50,971 nt of DNA, taken from the NCBI GenBank assembly GCA_002269645.1, contig NIVC01003626.1, forward strand, positions 35,889-86,859, written 5' to 3'. The position numbers were made by a program, and so were the translations under genes. The notes under the pieces were generated by a model, which was not told the origin of the DNA, searched no databases, and saw only the letters and a list, made by a program, of their open reading frames with translations. The stretch is from Macrostomum lignano (Eukaryota). This document shows, in pieces, positions 23,909 through 35,982 of this stretch (position 1 is its first letter; each line of letters begins with the position of its first letter).

Positions 23909-26841
23909 ATATATTTTTCATATTAGTATTAAACTTATAGTCATAGCCCTATTAGAAATTCACTAGTTTATATTCATTTAACTAGAAAGCTTGGATTTTT
24001 ACATTAAAGGTAGCATCAAACCAGATTCTAGCTAAATTTTGCCATTTGGTTTAGGGCCTAAATGACAGTCTTAACCATAAATAATAGCATGAAAGTTATA
24101 TAAGTATACAAGTTCTATGCCTCATATGATTTATATAATTACTATACATAATTGCATAGTTTATATAGTTTATATAAGTATAAAGTTATTATGCTTCATA
24201 GTGTTTAACCATAATTATGGCTATGGTTATCAGAAAATTCAAGGTAGCACTTTTTCTAGCAAAATTTGGTTATAGATTAGGCTATAAAGATCTTGCCTAG
24301 TGGTAGCCATGGTTATAGAATATAGATTTTAAGAGATTTGGAACACTATAATATCCTGTAATAATATAAATTCTTTGCTAGATTAAAAACAAAAGATCTT
24401 TGCCAAGGCATTCTATGACTATGTTTATCTGAAAAGTTCAATTGCATTAAAAAGTTATAGTTAAATAATTATTTAAAAAGGCCTAGCAAGTACTCATTTA
24501 ATATTGTTTATAATGATATCATTTAGTGACAATTTTGTTAATTTGCATTATGATAAACATGGCTATACCAGGGTCAGGATTGTGTATTAGTGTATACCAG
24601 AATGAAAATTGGTTCCCTAGTTTATATATGACAATGTATGCCAATGGATTTTTATTGCATACAAAAATATGCCAAAATAAAAAAATGAAAAATTATGATC
24701 ATTGTTTAAGGCTTACAACATTTTAATATTAAAAAAAGATTAGTAAAACTGGTTACTTTTTATTAAACTATAAAAACTAGTTATTATTTTAACTATTTCT
24801 TGTTTTCTTTTGAAAATCTTAAAAAAGTAAAACATAATTATTTCAATTTAGTTTTTTATTATTTATTTGAAGAGGGACTGTTATTTTTGATAGAAATTTA
24901 GCTACTTTAATATGTACATAGAGATTATGCTAAACTTTAACTAAATCATTTTTGTACTCTAATTGTATACTAGGGGCCTATATATTGATTAGGACTTGGA
25001 ATTTGCTTAGTCCTACCTTCTATCTTGGCAATCTCTATGACTCTATATACTAAACTTTATACTAAGGGGTATGCCAGGCCTCTTTATACACCAATTTCTA
25101 TGCCAATAGTTATAAACCAGATCCCTCATATATCCAGAGTATACTATCCAATGTCTAATAGCTTTAGGAAAATTTGGAAAATGGATAATGTTCTGCCATA
25201 AGGAGGGTCCATGTACTGTAGCCATAGCCATAAGCAAAACTATGGCTTACTCCAATTCTCTGTATTCCATAGCCATAATGACCCTGAAATTACCATATTC
25301 CTATAGTTCCCGTAGCCATAGCCATAATTTTAACAAAAAAAATTAAAAAACAAAATATTTTGAATCAAGAAGATAATCTAGTACTTAAACAACTGCAAAC
25401 TAAATTAGAAAATAAAAGAAACACTTAATTGTCTTTGTAAGATTATATTTCGTCTTTTTTCAAAGCAACAATACTTAGTCATTATTGAAAGTACTTACGC
25501 TAAACTTTTTCACATTAATAAAAATTAGAGTTTGCTAGTATTTTATTGTACTTTTTATGGATATTTTTTTAAGTTTCTAGGTTGATAATACAGTTTACTA
25601 AAAGTATCTTTGTTTTACTCTACCTGTTTCTAATATTTTTTTCAATTTTTAACATTAATAACTATGGCTATGGGAATCTATGGAATTTAATAGCAACTAC
25701 CATATTTCCATAGTCGTAGCCATAAGAGCAGCTAGCTACCATAGGCGTATCCATAGCTGCCGTAGGCACCTATTTTACCATATTTGCCATAGGATCCCGT
25801 AGCCGTAGCTACAGCTATGGCAGAACAATAAAAATGGAGACTTGACCATTTAAAACAATAAATTGCAACTATAGTCTACAGAGATAACATAGTTAAAATT
25901 CAATATGGCTATAACTACAAAAGTACATAGGTGTGTCATTAGATCACTAGTGTCTCAACAAAATGGTATATGCTGCCAACTTTTCTTGAATGAAATTGAA
26001 TTTCTAAGTTCAGTTAGAGAGTTAATTAAATTCTTTTGAATATGATGACTTATTTTGGTATACTTATAAATACCAAATATATCTGGATAACTTATATTCG
26101 CTCCTTCATTAATTAGAATGAAGGTTATTAAAAGATTGATTTTTTCTTACCTACTAAACTGTGCTGCACAGGCAGTACAGCACCTTTATCAACTAAATGT
26201 ATAGTGGCCGACTAGGAAGTTCAAATACTAAATTAAATCTTCCAAAAATTAATGAAACAACACATTGTAATATTTTAATTTTTAGTGCAGTAAGTAGTAA
26301 GAAAAAGAAAGGTACAGGCCGTGCAGAATACACACATGGATGGAAAACAATTCTTCTTGACAAAAATATATTTCGAAGAATAGTAGCTTCATCTTATTAG
26401 TTGAATTATAAAACTTTTAAAACAATTGTTATAACAAAACTTTTACCTTTTATTATAAATAATTTTAAAATAGCTGAAACTCGTCTCTTAAGCAAAAAAT
26501 GCTAACGTATTTTTTTGCACAGTTATTCATTCTTCTAAAATAAATTAAAACTGATGACCGCTGGGGTTTTCACGAAGCTTACCAATGCACGATAATGTCA
26601 ATTTTGTCCCACATCGGCGGGTTAATGATTTATCAATTTAATTCACAGGTCTAGCTCCAAGGAAGCGCAGGAAGTCACGGACTTTAAATTTTTTGATAAA
26701 TAAAAGGAACAATAATGTATTTATCATACCCCTACACATGAAGGACCACAGCTAGGTCCTTGTAAATGTATGTATACTACCGTATATGCATGTATGTAAA
26801 TGTATGTAGCTACAACTTATACAGCACATGGCCCCCAGGAC

Positions 26842-27060
26842 TACTCAACTAGAAGGACAGGAAACTACGTTTCTTAGAAAATAATAAGGAGGCTGCATGG
26901 TTTTTGCCGAAAAATACACTACAATGGAGATATAGGATTTCATTTTTCAGCACAAAAATTGTTATTGCTTTTGATAGAAGGCAGCCCTGCAACGTTCATT
27001 TTTTATATATTTTTGCCTCTCTGATAGCTCTATGGCAGCTTTTCGTTAAGAATAAGGATG
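26842..27060 (+). mobile_element. Single-arm (truncated) copy of the foldback family at 30.8-32.4 kb
   Basis: Shares TACTCAACTAGAAGGAC...CCGAAAA(A)TACACTA...CAGCACAAAAATTGTTATTGCTTTTGATAG with the arms of the two foldbacks. Confidence 0.7.
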
Positions 27061-28512
27061 TACGAGTATGTCAATTTTTCTACCTGCTGTCGTTAAAACT
27101 CAAATATTTCATTTCCCTAAGCTGCAGTGCCCCCTGCTGCAAATGTCTCGCTGCCTTTAATTAAATCGCGCATTAATTTTACCAATTCGAGTGCTGCTGG
27201 TTGAGTTTGCTTTGAGTTTCTAACACGTTGAAAGCAACGGAGAGGGATGCAGTGGAGGATGTGGCATATGGAAATACACGCGGAGCAGTCATTAATTACT
27301 GAATACGCCATTCTCAAATGATCCTCAAGCCAAAGCATCTCCCAGTTCTCTGCTGGTTTCCACAATCGATAAGCAGCATCTCAGATGTGCTCGGATTTCA
27401 ACAGATCAGAAATTTAGAAAGTCTACAGGCAGCACTCTCAGGATTGCTGCGAACCATGTATTTTATCATAAGGATGTATAAAATAATTATTATAAGGAAA
27501 TCCATGTGTATAATTGTTAGAAGAAATTTTTAGTATAAAGAATTTCGAGGAAAATATAATATAGTACATCAACAATTACAGTAATTTACGGCCAAATGTC
27601 TGTAATTGGGTCATCAAACAGCCAAATAGCTACAGAAACTTGCAACTTAGCTATAGCTAATGACTTGTCTGGCCAGCTAACAATATGTTTTCACCTTTCA
27701 CCGAAAAGAATACAATAACGTACGTTTTTTTATCATTGAGTGTTAGGTAAGCTGTCAAAGGTATAAGTACAGTGATCAGGTAATATAATTGGAATTAATA
27801 CATAAGAATGTCATAATCAAGACCTGAGCAGTTTAAAGCGTGAAAAGAGAAACTGCACAATGAGTTTAAGAAGCAGGAAGAAGCAGGAAAAACAGTCAGC
27901 TGTTAAAAAAACACTTCAAAATTACAAGGGAAAGCAATAACAACACAGAGGAGACGGCCATTTTATGCAGGCGTGCTGGGCCACCAAACCTAAGCTAGCA
28001 GAGCCGGTGCAGTAAAAATTTGTGGCTGGACAAAAATTAGGCTTGAGAATTATGGGGATCGTGACGCGACAAATCAATGAATGCAGCAGCTGACCTGCAG
28101 GAAATTTGATCCTCAGCTGGATATCAGACACTCAAACACGTATTCATCGAGTACGATTGTAATGTTTTGAGTTCGAGTCTCGCTAGAGCGCAAGCCTGCT
28201 AGCATTTTAAAGCTTGTGACCCTTAGCCACAGGAGCGGAAGTTGTACACACTTAATCCCCAGTAGCCAAGATCTGCTAAATAAAGAAAATACTCGTATGA
28301 TTCTAGTCACACAAAGCTAAACAGTCTATAGTACGAAGTAGCTCGTATAAATTACGGTGCTTGGATTAAGTTAAGTGCAACTATTTCCATAGAGTCACTT
28401 TTTTGCTTCTCTTTGATTCTTTTTAATTCAACTGCATGGGATCTATATTACGTCCAATAGTGAGTGTCCTACCCTCGCTCATCACAGTCCTCGCCATTCG
28501 GCGTAAAACAGC

Positions 28513-29088
28513 TCAGTTGAAAATCAGGCACTCAAACGTTTTCATCGAGTATGGTATAACAAGTGCGCTACCAGATCCAGATGCATGAAGATAGTAAAAG
28601 ATTCCCCGTGTGTTAATATTGGGATACTCTTTGTAGACACCGTTCGGGTTCATGAATGCACACTTGCCGTACCACCAGCCAGACAGCCAGTCCTGTGCGC
28701 AGCTGCCCCCGCTAAAGTCGACATTGTCGGAGTCCGGAGTGCTGAACTGCCTGTTGTTCGGCGAGAAGTTCGAATTATTCAGCTGTCCGACACTCGACCT
28801 GCTCGCGTCCAGAGGTCCCATCGAGCACCTGAACTTGTCGCTCGCTGGGCCAACAGAGAACGGAGCATTTTCAGCCCAGTACCAGGTGCCATTCCAGTCG
28901 CTGAACTCCCAGCGGACTCTCCACACTCCAGTGGCGGTGAGCTGGTGGAGCTGCTCCAGTCCCATCCAGTAGTTGAGACTCTCGCCCTGACCGAATCCGC
29001 TCGCGTACTCCGCCCAGTTCCGGTTGAAGCTGACGGAGCCGTCGACTCTGTGCTGGAAGGTCGTCCAGCACTTCACCGGTTTTCTCAT
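28513..29088 (-). CDS. Fibrinogen-related domain (FReD) protein, exon 2 (ficolin/angiopoietin/tenascin-like FBG domain)
   Basis: Acceptor cattgcAG|ATG; WTTFQHRVDGSVSFNRNWAEYASGFG...YWMGLEQLHQLT...FSTPDSDN...CA...SGWWYGKC...NPNG are canonical FBG motifs; TGA at 28515-28513. Confidence 0.92.
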   Translation of the reverse strand: MRKPVKCWTTFQHRVDGSVSFNRNWAEYASGFGQGESLNYWMGLEQLHQLTATGVWRVRWEFSDWNGTWYWAENAPFSVGPASDKFRCSMGPLDASRSSVGQLNNSNFSPNNRQFSTPDSDNVDFSGGSCAQDWLSGWWYGKCAFMNPNGVYKEYPNINTRGIFYYLHASGSGSALVIPYSMKTFECLIFN

Positions 29089-29097
29089 CTGCAATGG

Positions 29098-29486
29098 GCG
29101 ATGCGGTGCTGCATTTCGTGCACGCATATTGATGCGGTGCTGCATTTCGTGCACGCATATTGATGCGGTGCTGCATTTCGTGCACGCATATTGATGCGGT
29201 GCTGCATTTCGTGCACGCATATTGATGCGGTGCTGCATTTTGTGCACGCATATTGATGCGGTGCTGCATTTTGTGCACGCATATTGATGCGGTGCTGCAT
29301 TTCGTGCACGCATATTGATGCGGTGCTGCATTTCGTGCACGCATATTGATGCGGTGCTGCATTTTGTGCACGCATATTGATGCGGTGCTGCATTTCGTGC
29401 ACGCATATTGATGCGGTGCTGCATTTCGTGCACGCATATTGATGCGGTGCTGCATTTCATGCACGCATATTGATGCGGTGCTGCAA
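29098..29486. repeat. 31-bp minisatellite (GATGCGGTGCTGCATTTCGTGCACGCATATT), about 12.5 copies, in the FReD intron
   Basis: Read directly; lies between donor 29523 and acceptor 29089. Confidence 0.95.
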
Positions 29487-29523
29487 AGTGCAGAAGCTGC
29501 AAAGCAAAACCCAGCTCACTCAC

Positions 29524-29799
29524 CCACAGCTGAGACAGGCTGGAGTCGCTGGCGTGCCGGCACTTCCTGCAGGCGTCCATCGCTCCCCGATCGCAGGCCA
29601 GCAGCGAGCAGGAGCCCGAGGCCGCGTCGAAGCGGACGGCATCCGAGTTCTCAGCAACCATCGTACAGTGAATTTCGCTGATGGCCAGCTTCACCGCCAG
29701 CACCCGGTACTCGGCGAGGTCGCCTTGCTGGCGCTCCCAGCCGGAGTCTGTGGCCATTGCAGTCGCCATGACAGCGCAGATGATGAGCAGAGAATGCAT
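29524..29799 (-). CDS. FReD protein exon 1: signal peptide plus Cys-rich module
   Basis: MHSLLIICAVMATAMA (hydrophobic signal-like)...HCTMVAENSDAVRFDAASGSCSLLAC...SQLW|GTgagt, phase 0. Spliced product 283 aa. Confidence 0.75.
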
Positions 29800-30832
29800 T
29801 GTTCCGTGAGACAGCAGTTTGTTTAAGATTCTGCAGTTTTGCTCCGTGTGTTGGCATCCCGTGAGGCTGCGCTTTGATAACTTGAGTTTGGAGGTGGGTG
29901 AATGTGAGTTTTGTTTATTTACAACTGCTTGGCAACAATGAGCGCACAAGCGAATGAGGGAAGAGAACTGCGGCGTCAGTGTACAGTGCTACGGAACAAA
30001 ATAACTCAGAGTAATTGGTGGGCTTCGCGGTCCTGGATAAACAGGGCTCTGCAATGGTCGTCAATGCGATCCAGTCCCACCCAGCAACGCCCCATTTCAT
30101 TGGCTTACACACGCAGTATGACTTCAAGATTGACAGCGAAGTGACACCACATACTTGGCAGTTCAGCTCAGAGACGCTTCTAGTCGGAAATCCGGTTTCG
30201 AGGGAGCTGGTGAACCAAGCAGTTTGCACCGCGGTTGGTGGCGGCACGGATTAACCTAATCTCTGGATTACCTGCACTGTACCTGAGGATAATGTCTACT
30301 GTACATCCGATTCCCATGCTTGTTTCTTTCCATAGGAATTTTATACTAGATTACTTTTCGGGGTCTTCAATTACCATGGAGATGTCAATTGGTTGTCAAA
30401 GCCTGCGGATCTACTGGCAACAGCTGTGGTCTGTGAAAAACGTGTGCGACTGGCACTTAATTCTCACATTCTCAACAGGCCATCAATCAAAGGATATTGT
30501 TCGGGTTTATCCCAGGCGTGCAGACGATATTTTGACAGCTGTGAATTTCACCCGGTAAAACAAAGTATTTGCTTACCATCAGTCAATGGGTCCCGTGTTA
30601 GCTATGAAAACTAGATATCATAATATCGTTGATAGACATGTCAGTTGGGAGAAGGGTTTTCAAGAGAAGAGGGGAGGCGCGATATTTGACGACTCTAGAT
30701 ATAAAAGCTTCTCAATAAGTCAAATATTATTTTATTTAAAATTATGATCATTATCTACAAAGTGGCCGACATACGCCGTACATCTAATGTAAAAATTCCC
30801 CCAGCTAGGGTCTCAAAGGGCCACATGCATGC

Positions 30833-31504
30833 CAAGGACTACTTAAGTAACATATATATAGGACGCTACACTCGAATCTATGGTAAATGTTTTGAAGGCA
30901 ACTTTTCGCCGAATAATACACTGCAGAGATGGGAGGTTTTATTATATTCTTTCAGCACAAAAATTGTTATTGCTTTTGATAGGAGGCAGATCCAGTGTTC
31001 ATCTTCTGATATGTTGTGCCTTTCTTATTGCTCTATCGATATTCATAAAGCTTTTCGTTCAGAAATAGTCCTAAAGGCAGCTTTCACCGGAAAAATACAC
31101 TACGGAGATAGGAAACTTCACGATTTTCAACACTAAAACAGTGCTTGGGTCTCTTAACAGTGTCAGAGAAAGTTCTAATCACACTATTTTGTGCCTCACA
31201 TGCTGCTCTAACGACGCATTAATCGATGTTAAATTGGTCTTGTCATTACTTTAAACGTTTTTTTTCAAGTAAAAGACCAATTCAACATGAAAAATCGATT
31301 AATGCGTCGTTAGAGCAGCATGTGAGGCACAAAATAGTGTGATTAGAACTTTCTCTGACACTGTTAAGAGACCCAATCACTTGTTTTAGTGTTGAAAATC
31401 GTGAAATTTCCTATCTCTGTAGTGTATTTTTTCGGCGATAAGTTGCCTTCAAAACATTTACCACAGATTTCGAGTGTTGCGTCCGTCTACTTAAGTTGTC
31501 CTTG
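30833..31504. mobile_element. Foldback / MITE-like element 1 (nested inverted repeats)
   Basis: Inner arms 31087-31227 and 31294-31435 are near-perfect ~140-bp reverse complements; outer arm ~30841-30930 pairs with ~31410-31496. Confidence 0.8.
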
Positions 31505-31835
31505 ATGCTGCTCTGCATCAGTGCTGTTGTAGGGAGTCTGCATGTAGTCACATTAATATGGCCAGCTATAATCTTGCATCAAGGAATTTGAAAATGTACA
31601 ACATTCCCCAACCCTATAATGATAGTTTCGCGTTGTCAAAAATCTTCCTGCGAAAAATCCTCTCTGTTTCCAGGCAAATCGACTGACCTACAAACTACAG
31701 CATTATAAGTAACTCCAACTTCACACAGGTCCATAACCAACCACTCCTAAATCATACTCCTTCGAGAGCTCAGCTTCGCAACTAGACCCCAAGACCTTAC
31801 GCTGTCCTACCTATGCTCAACTCAGGCACCTCTGC

Positions 31836-32446
31836 CAAGGCCTACTCAAGTAGAAGGACGGGAGACTACGTTTCATAGAAAATGCTGAGGATGCTGGTTT
31901 TTGCCGAAAAATACACTATGGAGATAGGAAGGCTTCATTTTTCAGCACAAAAATTGTTATTGTTTTCGATAGGAGGCAGATCCAGTGTTCATCTTTTGAT
32001 ATGTTGTGCCTTTCTAACTTTCTTATAGCTCTATTGATACTCATCGAGCTTTTTGTTTAGAAAATTAAGATTCCATGTTAATTTTTTATTCTACGTACTT
32101 TTCCTGTACCTAAAAATCATAAAAATGTATGGCACAGCTCAACTCTGGTGTTTTGAATCTATTTTACGAGTATCATCTCTGCTACACAGTCAGCTAAGAA
32201 TGACAAAATAGATTCATAAAACCAATGAGCTGAGCCGTGCCATTTCAATGGTTCTCAGGCACAGGAGATATGCAATTGTACGTGGAATAAAAAATTAACA
32301 TGGAATCTTAATTTTCTGAACGAAAAGCTTTATGAATATCGATAGAGCAATACTCCTATCGAAAACAATAACAATTTTTGTAGTTTCTCCGTAGTGCATT
32401 CTTCGGCGAAAACCAGCCTGTCCTTCTAGTTGAGTATAAGTCCTTG
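31836..32446. mobile_element. Foldback / MITE-like element 2 (same terminal family, different core)
   Basis: Left TACTCAAGTAGAAGGAC...AGAAAATTAAGATTCCATGTTAATTTTTTATTCTACGTAC; the right arm is its imperfect reverse complement with internal deletions. Confidence 0.8.
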
Positions 32447-32645
32447 ATGGCTCCATGATGCTTGCGTCCTTGCTTTAAATGCTTCTGGTCTCTGACAGTT
32501 ATTACAATTGCTATTATTGTGTTTTGAAGGCAAATATTCCATTGAAAAAGACAGAATTAAGTAGCTGGTATATCATAGTATATTTTATGTCAGATAACAG
32601 AAGAAGAATTCTAATTGAAAAAATCAATGTCGTCGCAAAGTGTTT

Positions 32646-32974
32646 TTAAAGTGCATCCAGTTGCTGCTGCTGCTGCTGCTGCTGGTCTCCATCGCAGTTG
32701 TGCACCTCTTCAAGAGCCATATTCGGCGCCTGTGAAAGAGATTTGCTATCAGATTCGTCAGCGACTCGGACTCGATTAACAACCTGCCGTTCGTCGGATT
32801 TACTGTTGGATGAGCCTGCAGTATCATCGTCTGATCCGGCTGCCAGAGCTTCAGCGCCGCGCTCCATAGCCGACTGGATGGCGGCGATGCAAGCGGACAC
32901 GTAGATGAGCCCGGTGTAGATCCACAGGCTTAGGAACAACTTGTAACCGGGAAATACCGGGGTTTTTTGCTGGC
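32646..32974 (-). CDS. Two-pore-domain K+ channel (K2P/KCNK family), last exon: M4 and tail with polyQ
   Basis: Acceptor cccatAG|GC CAG, phase 1; GQQKTPVFPGYKLFLSLWIYTGLIYVSACIAAIQ...Q8LDAL*. Confidence 0.85.
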
Positions 32975-33144
32975 CTATGGGGGTTGAATGGAATAGAGAA
33001 GGAGTTTATGGATATTAAGCTTGTCTATGTACGCTCGCACATGTCAATGAGTTCTATGGACAGAACAGCAGCTATGTACAGTGCACATCAGATACTGCTA
33101 GGTTAAGCAGAGTTTGCACGTTGCTTAGTTCTAAATGCCCAATC

Positions 33145-33600
33145 TCCGTTTCCTAGAATACCCGTTTCCTGGAATACCCGTCTCCCAAAATGCTCATTTC
33201 CTGGAATACCCGTCTCCCAAAATGCTCATTTCCTGGAATACCCGTCTCCCAAAATGCTCATTTCCTGGAATACCCGTTTCCAAAAATGCTCGTTTCCTGA
33301 ATACCCGTTTCCCAAAATGCTCATTTCCTGGAATACCCGTCTCCCAAAATGCTCGTTTCCTGGAATACCCGTTTCCCAAAATGCTCATTTCCTGGAATAC
33401 CCGTTTCCAAAAATGCTCGTTTCCTGAATACCCGTTTGCATTTCATTTCCTGGAATACCCGTCTCCCAAAATGCTCGTTTCCTGAATACCCGTTTCCCAA
33501 AATGCTCGTTTCCTGGAATACCCGTTTCCCAAAATGCTCGTTTCCTGGAATACCCGTTTCCCAAAATGCTCGTTTCCTAGAATACCACTTTCTTAGAATG
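33145..33600. repeat. ~32-bp minisatellite (TTCCTGGAATACCCGTCTCCCAAAATGCTCAT) in K2P intron 2
   Basis: Read directly. Confidence 0.92.
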
Positions 33601-33735
33601 CCCTTTTCCCAGAATAACAGTTTCCTAGAATACCTGTTCAGCAATACACAATACCCGATTTTTATAGATAATAAACCAGATTCGGATTCCCTATACCTGA
33701 TTCCCAATACCCGATCGATACCCCCACCCCCTCAC

Positions 33736-34257
33736 CGGCAATGAAGTCCCCGAACCCAATGGTCGACAGCGTCACAAAGCAGTAGTACATGCCGACCCCA
33801 AACTGCCAGCCCTCCGAATAGGTGAACACCAACGATGGCAGGACAAAGTACAGCAGGAATCCAACCAGGATGAACGCAACGCACGCCACCCCGGTCCCCA
33901 GCCGCCTCCTGGACTTCCAGCACTCCAGTAGAAGCGCCCGCAGCTCCAGCCCCTTTAACTTGGCGGCCAGCCCGCCCAAGAACAGGGCCAGCAGCGGGAT
34001 GCCAATCATGGCGTACAGGCAGCAGAAGCCGCGGCCGAGATCCGTGGACGGCGCCACGTTGCCATAGCCGATGGTGGTGATGACAGTCATGCTGAAAAAT
34101 ATCCCGCCAATAAAATCCCAGCGTGTTGGCAGCGACAAGGTGATACTGCGATTGGCGTCCTGGCTGCGGGTCACCGAGGCGCCGCTTGGCAGGCGGGACA
34201 GCAGCTCGGCCAGCTGGTCCGTGGCGTTCGACGGCAACTCGCTGCAGGACAGCTCGG
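33736..34257 (-). CDS. K2P channel exon 2: P1 (TIGYG), M2, M3, P2 (TIGFG)
   Basis: WDFIGGIFFSMTVITTIGYGNVAPST..GR.FC.LYAMIGIPL...YYCFVTLSTIGFGDFIAG|GTgagg. The 5' boundary is either 34257 or 34298. Confidence 0.92.
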
Positions 34258-34432
34258 CTTGAGTGGCGTGTTTTGGCGGGGAGAGAAAAGGGAGAAGCCT
34301 GCGTTAGACTACTTTTAGTAGGAGAAATTGTGCATTTATGCCAAATGCGAAATAACTGGTGATTTTTTGTCAATTTTATCCGATCGTTTTCCAAGGTCTC
34401 GTACCTGTTCGATCACTCGAGGCATCGCCTCG

Positions 34433-35982
34433 CCTGTTAGACAGAGGATAGTGTCACCTGTTAGACAGAGGATAGTGTCACCTGTTAGACAGAGGATAGT
34501 GTCACCTGTTAGACAGAGGATAGTGTCACCTGTTAGACAGAGGATAGTGTCACCTGTTAGACAGAGGATAGTGTCACCTGTTAGACAGAGGATAGTGTCA
34601 CCTGTTAGACAGAGGATAGTGTCACCTGTTAGACAGAGGATAGTGTCACCTGTTAGACAGAGGATAGTGTCACCTGTTAGACAGAGGATAGTGTCACCTG
34701 TTAGACAGAGGATAGTGTCACCTGTTAGACAGAGGATAGTGTCACCTGTTAGACAGAGGATAGTGTCACCTGTTAGACAGAGGATAGTGTCACCTGTTAG
34801 ACAGAGGATAGTGTCACCTGTTAGACAGAGGATAGTGTCACCTGTTAGACAGAGGATAGTGTCACCTGTTAGACAGAGGATAGTGTCACCTGTTAGACAG
34901 AGGATAGTGTCACCTGTTAGACAGAGAATAGTGTCACCTGTTAGACAGAGGATAGTGTCACCTGTTAGACAGTGGATAGTGTCACCTGTTAGACAGTGGA
35001 TAGTGTCACCTGTTAGACAGTGGATAGTGTCACCTGTTAGACAGAGGATAGTGTCACCTGTTAGACAAGAGGATAGTGTCACCTGTTAGACAGAGGATAG
35101 TGTCACCTGTTAGACAGAGGATAGTGTCACCTGTTAGACAGAGGATAGTGTCACCTGTTAGACAGAGAATAGTGTCACCTGTTAGACAGAGGATAGTGTC
35201 ACCTGTTAGACAGAGGATAGTGTCACCTGTTAGACAGAGGATAGTGTCACCTGTTAGACAGAGGATAGTGTCACCTGTTAGACAGAGGATAGTGTCACCT
35301 GTTAGACAGAGGATAGTGTCACCTGTTAGACAGAGGATAGTGCCACCTGTTAGACAGAGGATAGTGTCACCTGTTAGACAGAGGATAGTGTCACCTGTTA
35401 GACAGAGGACAGTGTCACCTGTTAGACAGAGGATAGTGTCACCTGTTAGACAGAGGATAGTGTCACCTGTTAGACAGAGAATAGTGTCACCTGTTAGACA
35501 GAGGATAGTGTCACCTGTTAGACAGAGGATAGTGTCACCTGTTAGACAGAGGATAGTGTCACCTGTTAGACAGAGGACAGTGTCACCTGTTAGACAGAGG
35601 ATAGTGTCACCTGTTAGACAGAGGATAGTGTCACCTGTTAGACAGAGAATAGTGTCACCTGTTAGACACAGGATAGTGTCACCTGTTAGACAGAGGATAG
35701 TGTCACCTGTTAGACAGAGGATAGTGTCACCTGTTAGACAGAGGATAGTGTCACCTGTTAGACAGAGGATAGTGTCACCTGTTAGACAGAGGATAGTGTC
35801 ACCTGTTAGACAGAGGATAGTGTCACCTGTTAGACAGAGGATAGTGTCACCTGTTAGACAGAGGATAGTGTCACCTGTTAGACAGAGGATAGTGTCACCT
35901 GTTAGACAGAGGATAGTGTCACCTGTTAGACAGAGGATAGTGTCACCTGTTAGACAGAGGATAGTGTCACCTGTTAGACAGA
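34433..35982. repeat. Highly homogeneous 24-bp minisatellite (GTTAGACAGAGGATAGTGTCACCT), about 64 copies, K2P intron 1
   Basis: Read directly; source of the IVSPVRQR-repeat ORFs. Confidence 0.97.

Noticed and set aside
25200-25950. Recurrent CCATAGC/GCTATGG motifs in both orientations upstream of PTEN
   Set aside because: Too degenerate to define a unit, termini or stem by eye; probably an old decayed repeat.
27117-27533. Short ORFs, possible DNA-transposase remnant
   Set aside because: No recognisable motif or splice context.
28513-29949. 478-aa single-exon FReD as given by the ORF track
   Set aside because: Good GT/AG sites bracket the repeat and a signal peptide starts at 29799; the spliced model is preferred, with retention kept only as a hypothesis.
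30015-30254. 79-aa ORF in a moderately GC-rich patch upstream of the FReD gene
   Set aside because: No recognisable homology and no partner exons.
30829-31508. ATGC flanking both ends of foldback 1 as a 4-bp TSD
   Set aside because: Element 2 lacks it and has a similar right-hand ATG, so these bases may belong to the terminus.
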